A stretch of DNA of 63,414 nt, the filler included, from Octopus bimaculoides (taxonomy: Eukaryota): NCBI RefSeq assembly GCF_001194135.2. It is 5 parts of 5 records of this genome, joined end to end, with 100 filler letters (N's around TTAATTAATTAA, not from the genome) between each part and the next. Parts side by side here need not be neighbours in the genome. Positions count along the whole stretch, not along the records: positions 43,808 to 58,867 come from NC_069004.1; positions 58,968 to 61,480 come from NC_068984.1; 3 more parts are not named here. One strand, 5' to 3'. Position 1 is the first letter of the stretch, and each line of letters begins with the position of its first letter. This document shows, one piece after another, positions 48,157 to 61,383 of this stretch. Position numbers and translations under genes: made by a program. Below the pieces are notes generated by a model. The model had not been told where the DNA came from and searched no databases. It saw only the letters and a list, made by a program, of their open reading frames with translations.

Positions 48157-48680
48157 TCAATGTCTTATGTAACCACCGTTAGTGTTGATTACTGCCAGGC
48201 ATCTTCTGTCCATCGAATGCACCAACGACCGATGAAGGCCACGGGAATAGCAACCCACACTCCGTTACAACTTGCAGTGAGTTGTGCCGCAGTTGTTGGC
48301 CTTGGATGGATGTCATTTAGGCTTCTTTGGATTTCGTCCCACAGGTGCTCTATGGGGTTCAAATCCGGACTTAGGGACTGTGGTAGCCAGATAAGATGTT
48401 CAGCTTCACTAGAATGTTCCTCGTGTCATTCAGTAACAACTTTAGCTGTGTGGATTGGTGCATTATCATCCTGAAAGATTGCGTTTCCCTCCGGAAACAG
48501 TTCCGCAACCATAGGATGAATTTGATCAGATAAAGTGCTTAAACAGTCTTGACTATTAATTCTGCCATGGAGGGAAACCATTGGGCCAGCGGATTTCCAA
48601 GATGTAGCCCCACCAGATCATCACAGATCCTCCATGTTTAACAGTTGGAAGAAGACAGTCTGGATCAAATGTTATTATCT
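48157..48680 (-). pseudogene. Tc1-class (DDxE) transposase catalytic-domain relic
   Basis: FDPDCLLPTVKHGGSVMIW...AGPMVSLHGRINSQD..LSDQIHPMVAELFPEGNAIFQDDNAPIHTAKVVTE*HEEHSSEAEHLIWLPQSLSPDLNPIEHLWDEIQRSL...RRCLAVINTNGGYIRH*. Confidence 0.92.
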
Positions 48681-48899
48681 TCCTCTCCCTACCACCCTTT
48701 CTGTCTCTGTCTCTCCCTCTGTCTCTTCCTTGGTCGACCAGCTGGAAACAGCAGCCAAATCCTTCGCCAAGGCCATGCTACCGTTCCGTCTTCATCTTTC
48801 TTACAAGATGCAGTTCTATATGAGTACAGAAACAGAAGTGGTGGTCGCGGTTGAAACGGCTTCCATCACAGGTCTGGTGCATTTGGGTAAACACAACTG

Positions 48900-48922
48900 C
48901 GACAGCAACAATAACAACAACA

Positions 48923-48954
<32 letters not shown>

Positions 48955-49204
48955 AGAAATATCAGTAACAACAACAACAACAACAGCAGCAGCAACAAGA
49001 ACAACAACAACAGTTGTTGTTACAACAACAGTTTGTTGTTGATGGTGATGATGATGATAGCGGTGATGGTGACGCTGGTGATGATGATGATGATGATGAG
49101 GCGGTGGCTGCGGTGGTGGTAGTAATGAAAATTTGACGATGATGACGCCGACGAAGATGAGGATGATAATTAGAAATCACGATGAGGATACTGATGACGA
49201 TGAC

Positions 49205-49237
<33 letters not shown>

Positions 49238-49533
49238 GGTGGTGGTGGTGGTGGTGGTGGTGGTGGTAGCATTGACGATGATGACGTAGCCGATTGTGAG
49301 TGTAGTGGCGGTGGCGGTGCCGGTGGAGACGGTGATGCCGATCTAAATTACACCAATAAGCCGACATTAATATCATGGCTACCTTCATCTCATTCTTCAG
49401 ATGGGAACACCAGCATCTTAGAGTCTGCGGCGGCGGCGGTGGCGGCGTTTGTGGTGATGGTGATGGTGATGGTGATGGTGATGATGATGATGATGAAGAT
49501 CATCAAGCTTACAGTGTTAGCGACGTGGCAATG

Positions 49534-49564
<31 letters not shown>

Positions 49565-49724
49565 AGATGGAGTGCTATTGATGATGATGATGATGATGCT
49601 GACGATAATTGTGATGATTACGAGGGTGGTGCTTGTGCTGTTGGAAAAAAGAGCTGGTAATGACGCTAATAATGGAAATGCATTTGACTTTTGTTATTAT
49701 TTATTATTATTGTTATTATTATTA

Positions 49725-49756
<32 letters not shown>

Positions 49757-49914
49757 GTTATTATTATTATTATTGTTGTTGTTGTTGTTGTTGTTGTTAT
49801 TTATTATTATTATTATTATTGTTATTACTTTCAGTAGTAGTAGTAGTAGTAGTAGTAGTAGGGAATGGAATTGACGGTGGTGGTGGTGGTGGTGGTGGTG
49901 GTGGTGGTGGTATT
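48900..49914. repeat. Compound trinucleotide microsatellite field (CAA, CAG, GAT, GGT, GCG, ATT, GTT, AGT)
   Basis: Directly visible. Confidence 0.92.
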
Positions 49915-50174
49915 NNNNNNNNNNNNNNNNNNNNNNNNNNNNNNNNNNNNNNNNNNNNNNNNNNNNNNNNNNNNNNNNNNNNNNNNNNNNNNNNNNNNNN
50001 NNNNNNNNNNNNNNNNNNNNNNNNNNNNNNNNNNNNNNNNNNNNNNNNNNNNNNNNNNNNNNNNNNNNNNNNNNNNNNNNNNNNNNNNNNNNNNNNNNNN
50101 NNNNNNNNNNNNNNNNNNNNNNNNNNNNNNNNNNNNNNNNNNNNNNNNNNNNNNNNNNNNNNNNNNNNNNNNNN

Positions 50175-50206
<32 letters not shown>

Positions 50207-50473
50207 TACATATATATATATACAAACACACACACATACATATATATATATACAAACACACACACAAGCATACACACTCGCTGAGACGTGCACACACGTA
50301 ACACGCATTAGTGTAAAAGCACTCACACACAAACATTCACACACACACACACACACACATATACATACATACATACATATATACACAACACACACACAGG
50401 CACACACGTATATATATATATATACATACAAATATACATACACAATACATACATACACGCACAACATAACACG

Positions 50474-50513
<40 letters not shown>

Positions 50514-51058
50514 CATACACAATACACACACACACTCACACATACATTACATGCTATCTGAGCAATATTGAACGACGAACAAGCAGAAAACAAGAAATAC
50601 ACAAATAAATAAATAAAAGATCCAAACAAAATCACAACAAAAACAAAAATACATATAATTAGCGAAGCAAGAAGGATATAACATGATATTGATATTGCCG
50701 TCGTAATAAACATTAGATAAAAAGATTGGGTGTGTGTGTGTGTGATGTATATTTATTATACTACGGATGTGCGTAAGTACGATATTATCATGGAATATAC
50801 AATATCTTCAGTTAATAAATACTGAATGATGTTGTTGTTGTTGCTGTTGTCGGTGGTGGTGGTGGCGTTGGTGCTGTTGTAGTTTTAATAACAGATATTT
50901 GATAGCTCTCGGCATCCTGTACTACAATTCAGTGATGCTTGCTCTTTTGTACTTCAGCGGCCCCACCCACCCTTACCATTTCTTTCTTCTTTTTTTTTTT
51001 TTTAACTAAATGACATTTTACAAGTGTACTCCTTGCATGTTATTCCGGAATGTACATA

Positions 51059-51919
51059 GAGGGCGCGATGGGTAAATTGTGGCTATTTTATATTTTTTAA
51101 TTTCGCGCAAGTACATTGTTTTGATTTTGTCGACTACACAGTATAGTTGGGTCAGTTGGGCACTGTGTCTGAGAAAAACAGCATCAAGACGCAATTTACT
51201 CTCCCAGGAATTTGGAAACGACATGCTCTACTGCTTGATGTTTGCGCCAGAAGCTCCAAAAATTTCTGCCAAGATCAGATGGCGAACACAGAATAACCGT
51301 TGGCTTTCCGTGTCCCCAAATCGTACTGAGAGTGATAAAAATCAAACATCCAGTCAACATCATGGTGTTTGGAGTGATCGCTAGTGATCGCTAGTGATGG
51401 CGATATTATGCCTCCATTCATCTTCCCACACAGCCTCAGACGCAACACGGAGGCCTACAGGAGTTAGTGCAGCCCTGGGTCAAGAGGGTGGCTGCTGGAA
51501 CACCCTAATTCTGGCAACAGGACACTGCACCATGCCATACAAGCAGGAGAACCCAGTCATGGCTATCAAACAATTTCTGCGACCACACCACCCCTAATAC
51601 CCGCAACCCTCTTCTTTATTATGTGTGGGGCGCAGTTGAGAGAAAGACCAACAAAACTCCTTGTAACACCAAAGATGAACTGAAGGCAAGGATTATGGCA
51701 GCATTCACCGACTTCAAAAAGGAGACCATCCAGAAGAATTGCAGGAGATTCCGAAGACGTCCTGAGGCTGTGGTTGAAGCCAATGGCGATTTTATTGAAT
51801 TAATTTACTCTTTAGTATTCCAAGATATTTTTATGTAATTTTGGTAAATATATCTTAAAATGAGATGTGTTATTTTCATTTTTACGTAATTTGGACCACA
51901 GTTTATTCACCGTACCCTA
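51059..51919 (+). mobile_element. Internally deleted Tc1/mariner-superfamily element (maT/DD37D-like) with imperfect TIRs and TA flanks
   Basis: Left end TA|GAGGGCGCGATGGGTAAATTGTGG; right end reverse complement TA|TAGGGTACGGTGAATAAACTGTGG. Inside: NTQNNRW, KHPVNIMVFGVIASDG.IMPPFIFP, WQQDTAPCHTS, NPLxYYVWGAVERKTNKTPCNTKDELKARI...EAVVEANGDFIE. The N-terminal HTH is absent. Confidence 0.85.
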
Positions 51920-52670
51920 TATANNNNNNNNNNNNNNNNNNNNNNNNNNNNNNNNNNNNNNNNNNNNNNNNNNNNNNNNNNNNNNNNNNNNNNNNNNNNN
52001 NNNNNNNNNNNNNNNNNNNNNNNNNNNNNNNNNNNNNNNNNNNNNNNNNNNNNNNNNNNNNNNNNNNNNNNNNNNNNNNNNNNNNNNNNNNNNNNNNNNN
52101 NNNNNNNNNNNNNNNNNNNNNNNNNNNNNNNNNNNNNNNNNNNNNNNNNNNNNNNNNNNNNNNNNNNNNNNNNNNNNNNNNNNNNNNNNNNNNNNNNNNN
52201 NNNNNNNNNNNNNNNNNNNNNNNNNNNNNNNNNNNNNNNNNNNNNNNNNNNNNNNNNNNNNNNNNNNNNNNNNNNNNNNNNNNNNNNNNNNNNNNNNNNN
52301 NNNNNNNNNNNNNNNNNNNNNNNNNNNNNNNNNNNNNNNNNNNNNNNNNNNNNNNNNNNNNNNNNNNNNNNNNNNNNNNNNNNNNNNNNNNNNNNNNNNN
52401 NNNNNNNNNNNNNNNNNNNNNNNNNNNNNNNNNNNNNNNNNNNNNNNNNNNNNNNNNNNNNNNNNNNNNNNNNNNNNNNNNNNNNNNNNNNNNNNNNNNN
52501 NNNNNNNNNNNNNNNNNNNNNNNNNNNNNNNNNNNNNNNNNNNNNNNNNNNNNNNNNNNNNNNNNNNNNNNNNNNNNNNNNNNNNNNNNNNNNNNNNNNN
52601 NNNNNNNNNNNNNNNNNNNNNNNNNNNNNNNNNNNNNNNNNNNNNNNNNNNNNNNNNNNNNNNNNNNNNN

Positions 52671-52716
<46 letters not shown>

Positions 52717-53257
52717 CTGCAGACCGTACAAAAATAAAAAGCTAGAGATTATACAACGAGATTATACAATACGTTACTGTAGCCTAAAAAATATTGCTAG
52801 AAGCAGACGACATATTTTCATGCTTTGCCTCATCTTAAAACCGTCTGCTGCATGCTGGGAAATTTGTATAATATATATATATTTTTTTAATTGAAATTTC
52901 TCTTTCTGAAGATATTCCTAGGATGGTGCCAGCAATGTTCAAAGCTGACTACAAAGAACTTCATTCTAATATTTTAAAAATAATATTCTTTAAAGGAACT
53001 CTTTGTTTTTTCCGTTTTATCAGTAACAATAACCGTCATTTAAAAGAAGATCTCTCCTTCGCCATCTTCCTATCTTGTATCCAATTAATGCAAAAATAAC
53101 TGACAGTCAACATACAGTCATTTTATTGGAGCGGATTCTGCCTCTCTATAGAAATTGGTAAACACGTACAGGCACACAAACATGTATACATACATACATA
53201 TATATATACACATACATACATAGTTATCTATTCGGTATACATACATAACGCGTATGT

Positions 53258-53291
<34 letters not shown>

Positions 53292-53317
53292 GCATATATA
53301 CTTATACACGAGTTCAT

Positions 53318-53371
53318 ATCTTGTATCTTTTACTTGTTTCAGTCATTAGAGTGCGGCCATACTGGAGCACC
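53318..53371 (-). mobile_element. SINE 3' tail fragment
   Basis: TTTTACTTGTTTCAGTCATTAGAGTGCGGCCATACTGGAGCACC; same tail as 38205-38250 and, on the plus strand, ~15650-15700. Confidence 0.7.
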
Positions 53372-53746
53372 ATATACATATACACACACATACGCGCGCG
53401 CACACACGTACACATAAATATATATATGTCTATATATATGTGCATATATATATGTATATATATGTGTGTGTGTGCGTGTGTGTTTGTATATATTATATTA
53501 TGTTATGTTACATTATGTAATAAATATTTATAGAGTATGTAGAGAAGAATGTAAGTAGATAGACGGATAGATAAATAGAGAGAGAGAGAGTGTGTGTGTG
53601 AAAGAGAGGGAGAGAAAGAAAGGAAGAAAGAGAGTAAGGGTGAGAAGGAAACTTTTAATTGCTAGAAATTACAACGTGACTCAGGGATGGCAACTTTCAT
53701 AGCAAGCTCTAAATTCTCGGTCACTGGATCCTGTTGTTACTTCTAC

Positions 53747-53835
<89 letters not shown>

Positions 53836-54364
53836 CTAGCTAGATAGATAGATATAAGAATATATTTGTACATGTATGTATGTGTGCGCGTGTATAAACT
53901 AATAATCTATGCAGTGTATAGAACAGAATGAATGTACAACGAACTCCAATCTCCTAATATCACAAACATTTACAGAAAAAAAATCTCATACCAATACATG
54001 CAATTCAATTTATCTGGAAGCGAAAGATATTGCTACAGATCTGGGAATTGATGATAGAATAGAAATCCATACATTACACTAAAAGATCACAGACCAAGTT
54101 TTGCTAACAATCCTAAATACATATTCATTAGTCCTTCAAAAATAGACTCGGTTTGCTTTACAAGCTAATATTTGGGGGTATTTAGTTTAAAATGAAAAGT
54201 GGATGTGCATATTTTCCTTATAGAAAAAGTTATTCAGTTATTACATGGTTGAAGAAAATTAGGGATGTAAGAAACTGTAGAATCACACGGATCGATATCG
54301 TGGACTTTTATCCATAAATTACTTAGCCACCCCTACGCAAAAGTATTGATGGGATAGATACATT

Positions 54365-54548
54365 ATGCTACAACCAGGAAATCTCTGTTGTGTTTCGAAA
54401 ACGTCACTGTTTGATGTGGATATGGGTGTATATGATAGGGCCTGGTGCTTACGACGAAGCGATAATGCGTGAAGCCGTTTTCTTCTACATTCTGGACGAT
54501 TGCGGGAGAACGATGGGGGTATATATCGTGATGACGGACTGGTCTGTT
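54365..54548 (+). mobile_element. Penelope-like RT fragment (domains 4-5)
   Basis: TRKSLL..., SLFDVDMGVYDRA, FYILD and GIYRDDGLVC correspond to the FDVTMGSYDGAE...GLYRDDGL signature of one PLE lineage. Confidence 0.7.
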
Positions 54549-54552
54549 ATCT

Positions 54553-54883
54553 GACATTCAACTGCGGCCATGCTGTAGCACTGCCTCGAAGTGTTTGTTC
54601 TAAGAAATCGACGCTACCACTTTTATTTTAAATTTGGTCCTTATCCTATCGGCATCGTTTGCTAAGTTGCAAAGATGTAAACAAACTAATCCAGTTGTCA
54701 GGAGGTGGGTAGATAAACAAAAAAACAAGGATACACACACGCACACACACACACGTATAGAATATATACAAGCATATATATATATATATATATACGACGA
54801 ACATCCACACAGTTTCCGTCAACCAAATTCACTCACAGTCANNNNNNNNNNACACAGTTTCCGTCAACCAAATTCACTCACAG
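54553..54883 (-). mobile_element. tRNA-derived SINE, 3' two-thirds
   Basis: CTGCGGCCATGCTGTAGCACTGCC tail, GAAATCGAC body, (CA)n, CAGTTTCCGTCAACCAAATTCACTCACA. Confidence 0.7.
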
Positions 54884-55681
54884 TCATTATTTTACATGGG
54901 ATATGGGCAGTTCCCATGAGCACTATCTTTTGAATTTCTGCCATTTTGGGGTGTTTGTCCTGGTATTTCTTTATTATTCTTATTCTTCTTCTTCTTATTA
55001 TTATTATTATTATTATTGTTGTTGTTGTTGTTGTTGTTGTAGTTGTGAAGCTACGTAAATAGCATACATGATATAGAGATTTGTGTGTCAGTGGTTATCA
55101 AATTTCATAAGGGCAGAGCGGTTCCATCTTTTATGTTTTATTATGAAGTGACACACACATGCACACACACACACAAGCACACACATGCACACACTCACAC
55201 GCACATTCACCCCCCCCCCACACAGAACCAACGAACAAAAGATTAGGTCGTATTCTGTATGGTGTATTATCTGATTAATGACGAAAGGTTATTGTCTCCA
55301 CACTGTTATCCCCTTTCTTCGCGTCCACCTGATACGACTGACGATGTGTTTACGAAACATTACGACCGGTCAATCCTCTGCTCGACCCCTTCGCTTCAGT
55401 TTGAAGCGATATCGTTCGGTCCACGATGATGGGACACGAAGCAGTGAACGAAAAGAAAGGATCGTGTGCAAAGGAGGCTGCTTATGATGATGACGATAAT
55501 GATGTTGATGATGACGACGACGACAATGATGATCTTGATGGTAGTGGTGGTGGTGGTAGGAAGGAGAAGTGGAGGTTGAGGTGGATGAGGGGGGAGTAGG
55601 AGAAGGCGGGGGAAAAAGAAGTAGGAAGTCGACGACGACGGCGATGACAGTGTAGTGGTGGCAAGGTGAAAGTAGTAGTGG

Positions 55682-55712
<31 letters not shown>

Positions 55713-56565
55713 GATGATGATGATGGTGATGATGGTTGTGGACGTCTTAACGAGGATGATGGAGCTGATGATGNNNNNNNNNNNNNNNNNNNNNNNNNNN
55801 NNNNNNNNNNNNNNNNNNNNNNNNNNNNNNNNNNNNNNNNNNNNNNNNNNNNNNNNNNNNNNNNNNNNNNNNNNNNNNNNNNNNNNNNNNNNNNNNNNNN
55901 NNNNNNNNNNNNNNNNNNNNNNNNNNNNNNNNNNNNNNNNNNNNNNNNNNNNNNNNNNNNNNNNNNNNNNNNNNNNNNNNNNNNNNNNNNNNNNNNNNNN
56001 NNNNNNNNNNNNNNNNNNNNNNNNNNNNNNNNNNNNNNNNNNNNNNNNNNNNNNNNNNNNNNNNNNNNNNNNNNNNNNNNNNNNNNNNNNNNNNNNNNNN
56101 NNNNNNNNNNNNNNNNNNNNNNNNNNNNNNNNNNNNNNNNNNNNNNNNNNNNNNNNNNNNNNNNNNNNNNNNNNNNNNNNNNNNNNNNNNNNNNNNNNNN
56201 NNNNNNNNNNNNNNNNNNNNNNNNNNNNNNNNNNNNNNNNNNNNNNNNNNNNNNNNNNNNNNNNNNNNNNNNNNNNNNNNNNNNNNNNNNNNNNNNNNNN
56301 NNNNNNNNNNNNNNNNNNNNNNNNNNNNNNNNNNNNNNNNNNNNNNNNNNNNNNNNNNNNNNNNNNNNNNNNNNNNNNNNNNNNNNNNNNNNNNNNNNNN
56401 NNNNNNNNNNNNNNNNNNNNNNNNNNNNNNNNNNNNNNNNNNNNNNNNNNNNNNNNNNNNNNNNNNNNNNNNNNNNNNNNNNNNNNNNNNNNNNNNNNNN
56501 NNNNNNNNNNNNNNNNNNNNNNNNNNNNNNNNNNNNNNNNNNNNNNNNNNNNNNNNNNNNNNNNN

Positions 56566-56620
<55 letters not shown>

Positions 56621-58429
56621 CATACATATATATATTTGTATACAAACATATGTAGTCATATGCATATATACATATGTATGCATATATGTATACATATGTG
56701 ATTATATATATATATATATTATCACATATATGTAAATATATGTGCATGAATGTATACATATGTGTGTGTGTGTCTGTGATTTTGAATTTTTGTGTACATA
56801 TGTGTTTGTAGATCGATATTTAATTTATACGACAATCGTGTGTATCTATCTTATAGACATATATGTATATATCTAAGTATGAGTGTACGAATGTACGTAC
56901 GCACATGTGCAAACGTGTGTACGTGCGTCTGTGTGTGTGTGTGTGTGTTAATCAATAGTGTATTTATATGACACAAGTGTGATAAATAAAGTCAATTGGC
57001 TGGAGTCTCCTATCAGGATTATCTCTGAGTAATGACTGATTATTTGTATTGACTACACACACAACAAACACACAACAAACACACACACCTCATACACCCA
57101 TATAATACATATAACNNNNNNNNNNNNNNNNNNNNNNNNNNNNNNNNNNNNNNNNNNNNNNNNNNNNNNNNNNNNNNNNNNNNNNNNNNNNNNNNNNNNN
57201 NNNNNNNNNNNNNNNNNNNNNNNNNNNNNNNNNNNNNNNNNNNNNNNNNNNNNNNNNNNNNNNNNNNNNNNNNNNNNNNNNNNNNNNNNNNNNNNNNNNN
57301 NNNNNNNNNNNNNNNNNNNNNNNNNNNNNNNNNNNNNNNNNNNNNNNNNNNNNNNNNNNNNNNNNNNNNNNNNNNNNNNNNNNNNNNNNNNNNNNNNNNN
57401 NNNNNNNNNNNNNNNNNNNNNNNNNNNNNNNNNNNNNNNNNNNNNNNNNNNNNNNNNNNNNNNNNNNNNNNNNNNNNNNNNNNNNNNNNNNNNNNNNNNN
57501 NNNNNNNNNNNNNNNNNNNNNNNNNNNNNNNNNNNNNNNNNNNNNNNNNNNNNNNNNNNNNNNNNNNNNNNNNNNNNNNNNNNNNNNNNNNNNNNNNNNN
57601 NNNNNNNNNNNNNNNNNNNNNNNNNNNNNNNNNNNNNNNNNNNNNNNNNNNNNNNNNNNNNNNNNNNNNNNNNNNNNNNNNNNNNNNNNNNNNNNNNNNN
57701 NNNNNNNNNNNNNNNNNNNNNNNNNNNNNNNNNNNNNNNNNNNNNNNNNNNNNNNNNNNNNNNNNNNNNNNNNNNNNNNNNNNNNNNNNNNNNNNNNNNN
57801 NNNNNNNNNNNNNNNNNNNNNNNNNNNNNNNNNNNNNNNNNNNNNNNNNNNNNNNNNNNNNNNNNNNNNNNNNNNNNNNNNNNNNNNNNNNNNNNNNNNN
57901 NNNNNNNNNNNNNNNNNNNNNNNNNNNNNNNNNNNNNNNNNNNNNNNNNNNNNNNNNNNNNNNNNNNNNNNNNNNNNNNNNNNNNNNNNNNNNNNNNNNN
58001 NNNNNNNNNNNNNNNNNNNNNNNNNNNNNNNNNNNNNNNNNNNNNNNNNNNNNNNNNNNNNNNNNNNNNNNNNNNNNNNNNNNNNNNNNNNNNNNNNNNN
58101 NNNNNNTGTATAGATATATATGCATACATACATATATATACATATATATATAATGTATATGGATATATATATGTGTATAGATATATATGCATACATACAT
58201 ATATATACATATACATACATGCATATACATACATACTCACACTCACACGTATACAAACACTTAGCGGGCACATATGCATACAAACAGGCGCAATCTCATA
58301 CGCACACACATAGAATCGTTCAAGAGATGGAAAAGACAAAAAAAAAAAAAAAAAATTTTTATGTTTTGCAGCATTTGATTCGATTCTTTATTTTCCGAGT
58401 TCAAATCCTGTCGGAGCCAACATTTCCGC

Positions 58430-58503
58430 ACCGCTGAGAATCGAACTCATGAGATTACAACCTTAAGCGGAATTCTCTAACCACTAAGCCCACGTGCCTT
58501 CAC
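58430..58503 (-). mobile_element. SINE head
   Basis: Minus strand GTGAAGGCACGTGGGCTTAGTGGTTAGAG...GAGTTCGATTCTCAGCGG, with A and B boxes. Confidence 0.7.
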
Positions 58504-58999
58504 TACATACATACATACATACATACATACATACATACATACATGCATACATACATGGATGCATACATAATGCATGTATGCATATATACATTCAGATATA
58601 CATGCATACATAAATACGCAAGCATATACATACATACATGCATGCAGGCATGCATACATACATGCATACATACATGCATACATACATGCATATACTGAGT
58701 GCCGACGACTCTCAGCACATGGGGCACTGGTCGACGAGAAGATAAACAAGTGACACTTTCTCAAAGTGCCAGCCTCTTGGAACGAACCCGTGACGAAAAG
58801 ATAACGAAGAGTACTTAGCCACATAGCTATGCCTGTATCTTCCCCCCTCTCTCTCTCCCCATATATANNNNNNNNNNNNNNNNNNNNNNNNNNNNNNNNN
58901 NNNNNNNNNNNTTAATTAATTAANNNNNNNNNNNNNNNNNNNNNNNNNNNNNNNNNNNNNNNNNNNNATATACATATATATGTATATATATATCTGTCC

Positions 59000-59710
59000 T
59001 AACTTGATAGCACCACCTGATTTTTAACTCAAGTTTTGTTGTATCGTGGCCCATTCAGGTAGCGAGTTATGGTTGACTGAGATGTATGCATGTATAGGTG
59101 GTTTATCTGGTATCCCTTGAAGAAATTAGTCACGGTTTTGTTTTAAGCTGATGGAATCCTTTTCTTCTTTGAATTATTTTGAGATAATGTTTGGGCAATG
59201 CTGGTGGTATATTCTCCACATTGTGCAAAATGATGTAGAGCTCATGGCGGCGTTGGAGAGAATAACAATTCAATCTATCAAGGTGGTCCCAATAATCAAG
59301 ATCAGTCATGCCCTTTATGTTTCTAGTGAATGGTGCCTGGGGTGACTCAAATTTCGTAATGTTTCATTTGATGCGGGGAGACCACAGGTGGGCAGTATTA
59401 TTCTAGATGTGACCGTAAACGTACAAAGGAAGAGAACAAGGGAATGACGGCATCTTACTCTCTAGACCAGAAAGTTCTGACAATCCATGAGCTCATTCTG
59501 CGAGACTTATTGACTTTATAGTTGATGTGGGCACTCCAGTTGAGATTGTTAACTACAATCACTCCTGAGTCCCTGATATTATTGAATGCCGCGAGTTCTC
59601 CTGAAGGATGATATAAGTTCCTCCGTGTAGTTTCCCTGAAGGAAGAGAATACGGTTGTTTGAGCGCAGTTTTTTTCCCCAAAATGCATGAGTACAAATTT
59701 TTCCTCATTT
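59000..59710 (-). mobile_element. CR1-clade LINE 3' RT fragment
   Basis: MHFG...IRDSGVIVVNNLNWSAHINYKVNKSRRMSSWIVRTFWSRE, then a decayed EYCPPVVSP and LYSLQRRHELYI-type segment. Confidence 0.8.
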
Positions 59711-61383
59711 AATATATAGAATCTCCTATCGGTTATTCTTCAGACAATATTCAAAACAAGTATTACTTTTGAATCATTTTTGAGTCTTTGACTGGATAGG
59801 AGATTCTATACATTTTTCTACACGTGTACCTTTGAAACTCCTATCATACAATGAAACACGTGTAACATGGAACTTAAAATATATCAAATAATTTTCCCCC
59901 ATCAGTTTATTACACACACACATACACACGCACGCACACACACACACACACATACACACACACACACACACACGCACACACACATATATATTACATACAT
60001 ACATACACACACGCACACACGCACAAACACACACACACTAGTTGTAGCTTGATTTCAAGGAATGCCATCACTTGATTGTTCTTTTAAACGTGAGCGTCGC
60101 GGATGTGGCTTTTCAGTCATGTGAGAAACCTACCCTTTTTTTTCATAGTTATAGTAACCATGGGTACGTACCCATAGGTGTTCAATAGGTGTTCAGAATG
60201 TTTGGTAAATTTCGGCTGCGGTCAACAACACGTGATAGAAATATTAATAGGGATGTTAAAAATTAAGCAATGACTATGCCTGAAGCTTTTTAAATCGAGG
60301 AATGGTAATGCACATGGCCAATTCTAATCTCTAAACAATGTATGCATTTGCGAAAAAGGAACTAGTCGTCATCATTTGACACGAAGGAAGTCGCAGATGT
60401 TTTATCAGGGTTTTCCTTTCTCTAGAGAAATGTTTAAAGAAAGACTAAGGACCCCTCTCTCCCAGCTGTTAAAGAATAGCAGTTGAATCTATTCAATTCA
60501 ACCGCCATTTGATAGATTTTCCTTTTCGTCTTGTAAGGTGTCCAAAAAATAATAATAATGATAATAATAAAAAACCTAAAGCATCCTTCTTACCAAGCAA
60601 ACATAGTAGGATTACGGGCTTAGTAGTCGACGCCCGACCATGCTGTATTGGGTTACATGTTACCAGTAACACTGGGAGTGATCTTCCATATACGTACAGA
60701 CGTACATACGTACATACGCACGAACATACGAACAGAGACACACGAATACATATATACACATATATACACAACACCCACACGTATATGCATTTAGGCGTTA
60801 TATATATGTTGTAGTTGCACTTTTCTTGCAAGTAACTTCTCAGATTGTAAATTGAAAACGAAGTAATTTAAAGATGGGATACAGCGTCAGTTACTATGTA
60901 ACTCAAAAATGTTACTGCTACTTGATATTATAGCATCAAATATTGCCATTTAAAATTCAAAATTTTATCTCTCCCGCACTCACTCTCTCTCCACACACAT
61001 GCGCGCGCACACGCACACACACATACAAACAAACACACACGCACACATACCCGGCGTTTCACGGTTAAAGAGAATGATGAAATTTCAAAGCGCCGTCTAG
61101 ATTACGTAGATCTCAACTGGCAGTAGCTGAGATACCAACTTTCTACATTAATAACTCTCCAAACCATGCCAGCATGGAACATAGGCGTTAAGTAAAATGT
61201 TAAAAGAAAGCTGTCAATTCATATATATATATATATAATAATATTAGGGACAAAATCCAAAATTACAGGTAATTTATTGTGCTTTTAATTGTTAATTTTT
61301 CTATATGTGATAGTGGATTTTCATCGATGAGTTCTTGAAACTTGGTTATTTTCCCTAAAACTATATATTTTATATATATATAT

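Noticed and set aside
55338-55372. CTGACGA...GAAAC...GTC string
   Set aside because: The stem II closing pair and stem I do not pair.
31166-58339. Long ORFs of 250-440 aa in the track
   Set aside because: They consist of X (N gaps) and (AT)n/(CA)n/(GAT)n translations.
30669-60131. Exact 17-mer AGTCATGTGAGAAACCT at 30669-30685 and 60115-60131 (E-box plus CSL-like site)
   Set aside because: One 17-mer match in a window this size is not clearly above chance, and the flanks do not align.
60160-60175. 16-bp perfect palindrome ATGGGTACGTACCCAT
   Set aside because: Isolated and short, with no supporting context.
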